Assembly (NCBI GenBank): GCA_046759165.1 | Contig: JBHIBS010000030.1 | Coordinates: forward strand, 1 to 16,547 | DNA: 16,547 bases | From: a bacterium | Lineage (GTDB): Bacteria > UBA6262 > WVXT01 | Reading direction: 5' to 3' | Part shown: in pieces, positions 14,131-16,547 of the stretch | Layout of the letters: each line of letters opens with the position of its first letter | Position numbering within the stretch: position 1 is the first letter of the stretch | Notes under the pieces: generated by a model | What the model was told of the DNA's origin: nothing | The model's input: the letters and a program-made list of their open reading frames with translations, nothing else | The model's database searches: none | Program-made: the position numbers and the translations under genes

Positions 14131-15276
14131 TCAGCCCCGTCTAATATAATGGTAAAAGACAAATGTACCCAAAAGGCTTATCACTCCAGCCACAAAGAAC
14201 ACAGATTTCACCCCTAAAATATCCATAACTACACCTGCTATCAAAGGGGCTGCTATCATACCAGCACTCATTGCTGTATTGAATAGCCCCATGGAAACGC
14301 CCATCCCTAATCTTTGACCCACTTCTACCGTTATAGCTGATGCAGAAGGCATCGATGTTGCCCCACCAAGCCCCATTATGGAACTTATAAAAAATAGCTG
14401 CCAAAAATTACGAGCAATTGGTGTAATCAACAATGCCAGCGCTCCCACACTCGAACCTATCAATACCAAAAATAACTTATTATACCTATCTGCTAACCTC
14501 CCAAATGGATTCTGTAATAAGGCAATAAGAAATATATGAAAAGAAATTATTATTCCCACCTGAGATGAGGTTATATCTATCCTGGAAGCAAAAATTGGTA
14601 GAAACGCCATTATTCCACCTCTTCCCATCGCAGTAATAATTCTATAAAGAAGGAGTCCTTTCATAACATTATTTTTGATGATTTCTTTAAATGGGATTGG
14701 ATCATCCATTTTCGTTATTCCCGAATACCTCATATCCGGCAAGAACACTAAGGTTATCAAAAATGCAATTGCAGTTAAACCTGCCATCGCGTAAAATACT
14801 GATGCAATTCCAAATGATTCGTTCAGAAGGCCGCCCAGAAAGGGACCAGCACCCATCCCCAAAAGAAGCGCCATATTGAATGTCCCCATGTACCTACCCT
14901 CTCTTCCCTTTTCTGCAATCTCCCCGACATATGCCATGGCAACAGGAATGACCATCGCTGACGCAAGTCCATGGATAAACCTAACACTTGTTAGATAGTA
15001 AACATTACCAGCCACGATGTATACTAAGGAAATTCCAGAATACAATAACAATCCGAATGTTATAAATCCCTTTCTTCCTTTTTTGTCAGAGAGTTTTCCA
15101 ATTATTGGCATAAAAACTGCACGGGAAAGCGAATAACCCGAAAATATTATCCCTAACCATATACCAGTTGCCCCTAAGCTTCTTGCGTAAACCGGCATAA
15201 GTGGAGCAATAATTCCCAAGCCGAGCATTGCAGCGAATACCGAAATAAATAAGACACTAAATATTCTTTTTTTCAT
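14131..15276 (-). CDS. MFS transporter (DHA1-like)
   Basis: About 12 hydrophobic segments; motif A GKLSDKKGRK and its repeat GRLADRYNK; GPFLGG. Confidence 0.93.
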   Translation of the reverse strand: MKKRIFSVLFISVFAAMLGLGIIAPLMPVYARSLGATGIWLGIIFSGYSLSRAVFMPIIGKLSDKKGRKGFITFGLLLYSGISLVYIVAGNVYYLTSVRFIHGLASAMVIPVAMAYVGEIAEKGREGRYMGTFNMALLLGMGAGPFLGGLLNESFGIASVFYAMAGLTAIAFLITLVFLPDMRYSGITKMDDPIPFKEIIKNNVMKGLLLYRIITAMGRGGIMAFLPIFASRIDITSSQVGIIISFHIFLIALLQNPFGRLADRYNKLFLVLIGSSVGALALLITPIARNFWQLFFISSIMGLGGATSMPSASAITVEVGQRLGMGVSMGLFNTAMSAGMIAAPLIAGVVMDILGVKSVFFVAGVISLLGTFVFYHYIRRG

Positions 15277-15314
15277 AAAATCCTTCTCTTACTATTGACT
15301 CATTTACGATTTAT

Positions 15315-15494
15315 CTAATCTCGATGACGGCCCTTCCGAGTGAAAAGCATCGAAATACCAAAAAATACTATAACTAATGGCCAAAGCATAGCCCAGAAAT
15401 TCGCAGTAATTACTCCTAAATTTCTTAATAAAAGTAATACTCCCAAAATAATCAAGAATAAGCCAAGCATCCTAAAATAATTCCATTCAATCAT
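15315..15494 (-). CDS. Small two-TM membrane protein (DUF5668/LiaF-TM-like)
   Basis: GLFLIILGVLLLLRNLGVI...W..LWPLVIVFFGISML. Start is ATG 15494 or 15470. Confidence 0.75.
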   Translation of the reverse strand: MIEWNYFRMLGLFLIILGVLLLLRNLGVITANFWAMLWPLVIVFFGISMLFTRKGRHRD

Positions 15495-15517
15495 TTTTTC
15501 TAACCCCACATGAAAAA

Positions 15518-16021
15518 CTACTCTTCTAAAGTTATAGTCTCTTCGCAGTAAGGAGAATAAGGTCTTATACAATCATAATTCCTATCAAATTTCAATTTCG
15601 GATTAATCCTCGAAAGAAAAATCTGTACAGGTCTATGATACGATTTTTTACAAACTATTCTTGTATCTAAACCAAGTTTTCTGCAGACTTCTAAAATAGG
15701 ACAATGATTCCACCACCTCATTACGAACTTTTTATCCGTCTTCTCCACAATTTCCCCATCTTTCGGAACCGAAATCCCCAAATACTTCTCATAAAAAATC
15801 CTATAACCATCCTCAACAGCATCCCCCGTTCTCTTTATCTTATCCAGACTATCATGTAACCACGCCAATCTTTTCTCAATCACACATCTCTCCAAATACT
15901 CCAAAGCTTTCTCTAAACCTATCTCATTAGCAATTGATAAAATGGTTTGAAACAATCCACCAAAATCCCTTTCCTTGTCTTGATATTTTTCCAAAATAAG
16001 CCCATAATATTCGTCTTTCAT
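15518..16021 (-). CDS. Hypothetical protein, Cys pattern like V4R / L-2-amino-thiazoline-4-carboxylic acid hydrolase-like domains
   Basis: 167-aa ORF with CPILEVC..LG......C...INPKLKF.R.......YCEE. Confidence 0.7.
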   Translation of the reverse strand: MKDEYYGLILEKYQDKERDFGGLFQTILSIANEIGLEKALEYLERCVIEKRLAWLHDSLDKIKRTGDAVEDGYRIFYEKYLGISVPKDGEIVEKTDKKFVMRWWNHCPILEVCRKLGLDTRIVCKKSYHRPVQIFLSRINPKLKFDRNYDCIRPYSPYCEETITLEE

Positions 16022-16110
16022 AATTTTATCGCTGCTCTTCAGTCTTTTTCATAATAAAAAGACATTTGAAACTCCTGAGGTCGTTCCATTTTCACACATA
16101 GGACCGACTA

Positions 16111-16335
16111 CTATATCCTTTTGAAATTCGATGTGTCCCAACTATGACATTTTGGACACCCAACTGGTTCTCCAATTTCTGCATCTCCAATGGCTTTATC
16201 TCTTACCCAATCTGGTGGTTCGCTTAAGTATTCAGGCTCTTCGGTATTTGTGGCAACACAATAGGCATAAGTACTAAACTGAAAGATTAAATCACACCCC
16301 ATATAACCACAATTTTTGCATTTATATTGCTTCAT
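16111..16335 (-). CDS. Small Zn-ribbon-like hypothetical protein
   Basis: YKCKNCG near the N-terminus and CPKCHS near the C-terminus; starts 2 bp after the upstream stop. Confidence 0.7.
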   Translation of the reverse strand: MKQYKCKNCGYMGCDLIFQFSTYAYCVATNTEEPEYLSEPPDWVRDKAIGDAEIGEPVGCPKCHSWDTSNFKRI

Positions 16336-16337
16336 CT

Positions 16338-16547
16338 TTATCCCCTGTTGTATTTCTTGTTAGGTCTTAGTATATGACTGTTAATTTCGTGTTTATCATA
16401 GCATTCAAAAACACACTTGCAAAAATTAATCATTTTCTCATCATTATTAACAACAGCCTGGTGATATATCTTTATAAAATACTTTTTGCCTGCTTCTGTT
16501 TGAGAATAGTTCTTTTTCATGAGATTGTGTTCCATACACAAGGTTTG
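16338..16547 (-). CDS. Hypothetical protein, probably 5'-truncated by the window edge
   Basis: The frame is open to position 16547, and its stop abuts the next gene. Confidence 0.5.
   Translation of the reverse strand, partial: QTLCMEHNLMKKNYSQTEAGKKYFIKIYHQAVVNNDEKMINFCKCVFECYDKHEINSHILRPNKKYNRG

Noticed and set aside
6187-14879. Numerous short plus-strand ORFs across the minus-strand operon
   Set aside because: All antisense to well-supported genes, with no motifs.

Overview
Bacterial genomic window with three parts. (1) 1-3450, a decayed accessory region: a PilX-like minor pilin gene running off the left edge (absent from the ORF track), a 3' remnant of a PilB/GspE ATPase gene, an internally deleted IS256-family element that keeps both ends, and small orphan or degraded ORFs. 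(2) 3550-5400, an integron-type cassette array with no integrase in the window: a near-consensus sigma70 promoter, a structured leader/attI-like site, then GNAT acetyltransferase-attC, GC-rich RidA-family-attC, and a truncated methyltransferase-like cassette. (3) 5511-16547, a long, tightly packed minus-strand run: hypothetical genes, MFS transporter, TIGR00725/LOG-like, dtd, archaemetzincin, pcm, three radical SAM enzymes including AmrS, DUF72, an AmrB(MEMO1)-AmrA(AMMECR1) fusion and coaE. In part 3, three normally cytoplasmic enzymes carry N-terminal export/lipoprotein signals, two of them also have strong internal Shine-Dalgarno starts, and a double-hairpin repeat family brackets amrS, with one copy covering its ribosome-binding site. 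All family calls come from motif recognition by eye; no database searches were run.
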